Origin: Octopus bimaculoides
Lineage: Eukaryota
Assembly: GCF_001194135.2 (NCBI RefSeq)
Contig: NC_068987.1
Location: 108,560,519-108,613,135, forward strand
Direction of reading: 5' to 3'
DNA: 52,617 nt
The notes under the pieces are model-generated. The model saw only the letters and a program-made list of their open reading frames with translations, was not told the origin of the DNA and searched no databases. Shown here one piece after another: positions 51,062 through 52,617 of the stretch. Made by a program: the position numbers and the translations under genes. Each line of letters begins with the position of its first letter. Positions within the stretch are counted from its first letter, which is position 1.

Positions 51062-52328
51062 TTTTGAGTCTATAGATTTTTTTTCGTATTTCAATCAATA
51101 GTTCAAAATATTACGTATGTAAAATGCTTATTCGACAAAATATATCCCATCGTATTCTATCATCCGTTGCCATCGTTGTGTCAGATGCTCAGTTGCATGC
51201 ATATAATATTTGACTGGTTTAGAGGCAAAATGTTCCCCGCACCCGTTTTCAGCATCATCCATATTTTTGAACCTCCGTCCCTGCAGGAAATGAGCCGAGG
51301 CCCGGAAAAAGTGGTAGTCTGAGGATACAAGGCCTACTCTCTAGGGAGGCTAAAGCAGCATCTCCACTCCCTCAATCCCACGATTCTGCGCTCAGTCACA
51401 TTGGTTGTTGTGCTGCTGCTGTAGGAGCACGTGTCTTTCATTAAACATTGCCGGGTAGCGGGTTTTCAAAACATCATATTCTCGCTGTAGTTCTTGAACA
51501 TAAATGTTAGCATTCTCAACTCAAAGCGCAACACCCCCTCGAAATTTCACCAAACAACATGAACTTTTGTTCAAACCGACCTTGTTTGAAAACAGGTTCT
51601 GAAGCCTGACTGGAACGAGACCACTAATTTATCTTATTAGGATTACGAAAATAGATCTACTTTTCATCCCCAGTTACAATTCGACGCCAACAAACGGTCA
51701 TTACGAAGATTTTCCATCAAATGTTCTCACGCAGTTCATCTTGGTCATTGGTCACTTCATGGAGAACTTCTTGAAAGCTTCTATTTAGAAGGCTAAGCTT
51801 ANNNNNNNNNNNNNNNNNNNNNNNNNNNNNNNNNNNNNNNNNNNNNNNNNNNNNNNNNNNNNNNNNNNNNNNNNNNNNNNNNNNNNNNNNNNNNNNNNNN
51901 NNNNNNNNNNNNNNNNNNNNNNNNNNNNNNNNNNNNNNNNNNNNNNNNNNNNNNNNNNNNNNNNNNNNNNNNNNNNNNNNNNNNNNNNNNNNNNNNNNNN
52001 NNNNNNNNNNNNNNNNNNNNNNNNNNNNNNNNNNNNNNNNNNNNNNNNNNNNNNNNNNNNNNNNNNNNNNNNNNNNNNNNNNNNNNNNNNNNNNNNNNNN
52101 NNNNNNNNNNNNNNNNNNNNNNNNNNNNNNNNNNNNNNNNNNNNNNNNNNNNNNNNNNNNNNNNNCAAGTTTCTTTTTACCATTCATTATCAAAGTTGTA
52201 AAAAAGAATAAACAATTCAGCACTGATTGAACAATAAGCTATATCAAATTAACGATATAACGTGAAGATAGAAGCTGCCAGAAGTCATCAATGAAAATCC
52301 CGCCAAAAGCTTTTGTCTCAGACTTGTA
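51062..52328 (-). mobile_element. Near full-length mariner relic spanning an N gap
   Basis: Minus-strand peptides RIVTGDEK*, SDYHFFRASAHFLQGRRF and LTQRWQRMIEYDGIYFVE*. The span is about 1.27 kb. The right end is CAAAAGCTTTTGTCTCAGACTTGTA; the left TIR is degenerate. Confidence 0.82.
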
Positions 52329-52389
52329 CACACGCGCACTCACATACACACATATATATATAAATACATACGCACATATATGCGTGTAT

Positions 52390-52390
52390 G

Positions 52391-52451
<61 letters not shown>

Positions 52452-52582
52452 GGATAGATGGATAGATAGATAGATAGATAGGTAGGTAGGTAGGTAGGTA
52501 GATAGATAGATAGATAGATAGATAGAGAGATAGATAGATAGAGAGATAGAGAGATAGGTAGGTAGGTAGGTAGGTAGGTAGG

Positions 52583-52617
<35 letters not shown>
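52390..52617. repeat. (TAGA)n/(TAGG)n microsatellite
   Basis: Direct inspection. Confidence 0.97.

Overview
AT-rich, microsatellite-dense eukaryotic non-coding DNA with many N gaps. The SINE families look like those of Octopus; this is inferred from remembered repeat consensi and was not searched. I found no supportable host exon, tRNA or rRNA gene, and almost all listed ORFs are simple-repeat or gap artefacts. The window holds about 40 copies or fragments of four tRNA-headed SINE families plus an unclassified (AAC)n-tailed repeat. It also holds four mariner relics, one Tc1-like relic and one CR1/L2-type RT fragment. The main unexplained signal is a set of hammerhead-ribozyme (HHR) motifs of the minimal type-I kind known from Penelope-like elements (PLEs). 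(1) A 535-bp foldback element (15888-16422) has 228-bp arms, one HHR per arm on opposite strands, a one-sided 58-bp tail and a 6-8 bp TSD. (2) A 218-bp derivative of it (43441-43658) lacks the ribozymes, apparently through a microhomology deletion, and sits in a mariner with a 13-bp TSD. (3) A tRNA-headed SINE (18491-18780) has a broken HHR in its tail and an inverted pLTR-end-like motif at its 5' side. (4) Several other HHR remnants occur, one fused to a perfect 36-bp-arm palindrome. Together these suggest non-autonomous, PLE-mobilised, ribozyme-bearing retroelements. Cleavage activity and novelty are untested.
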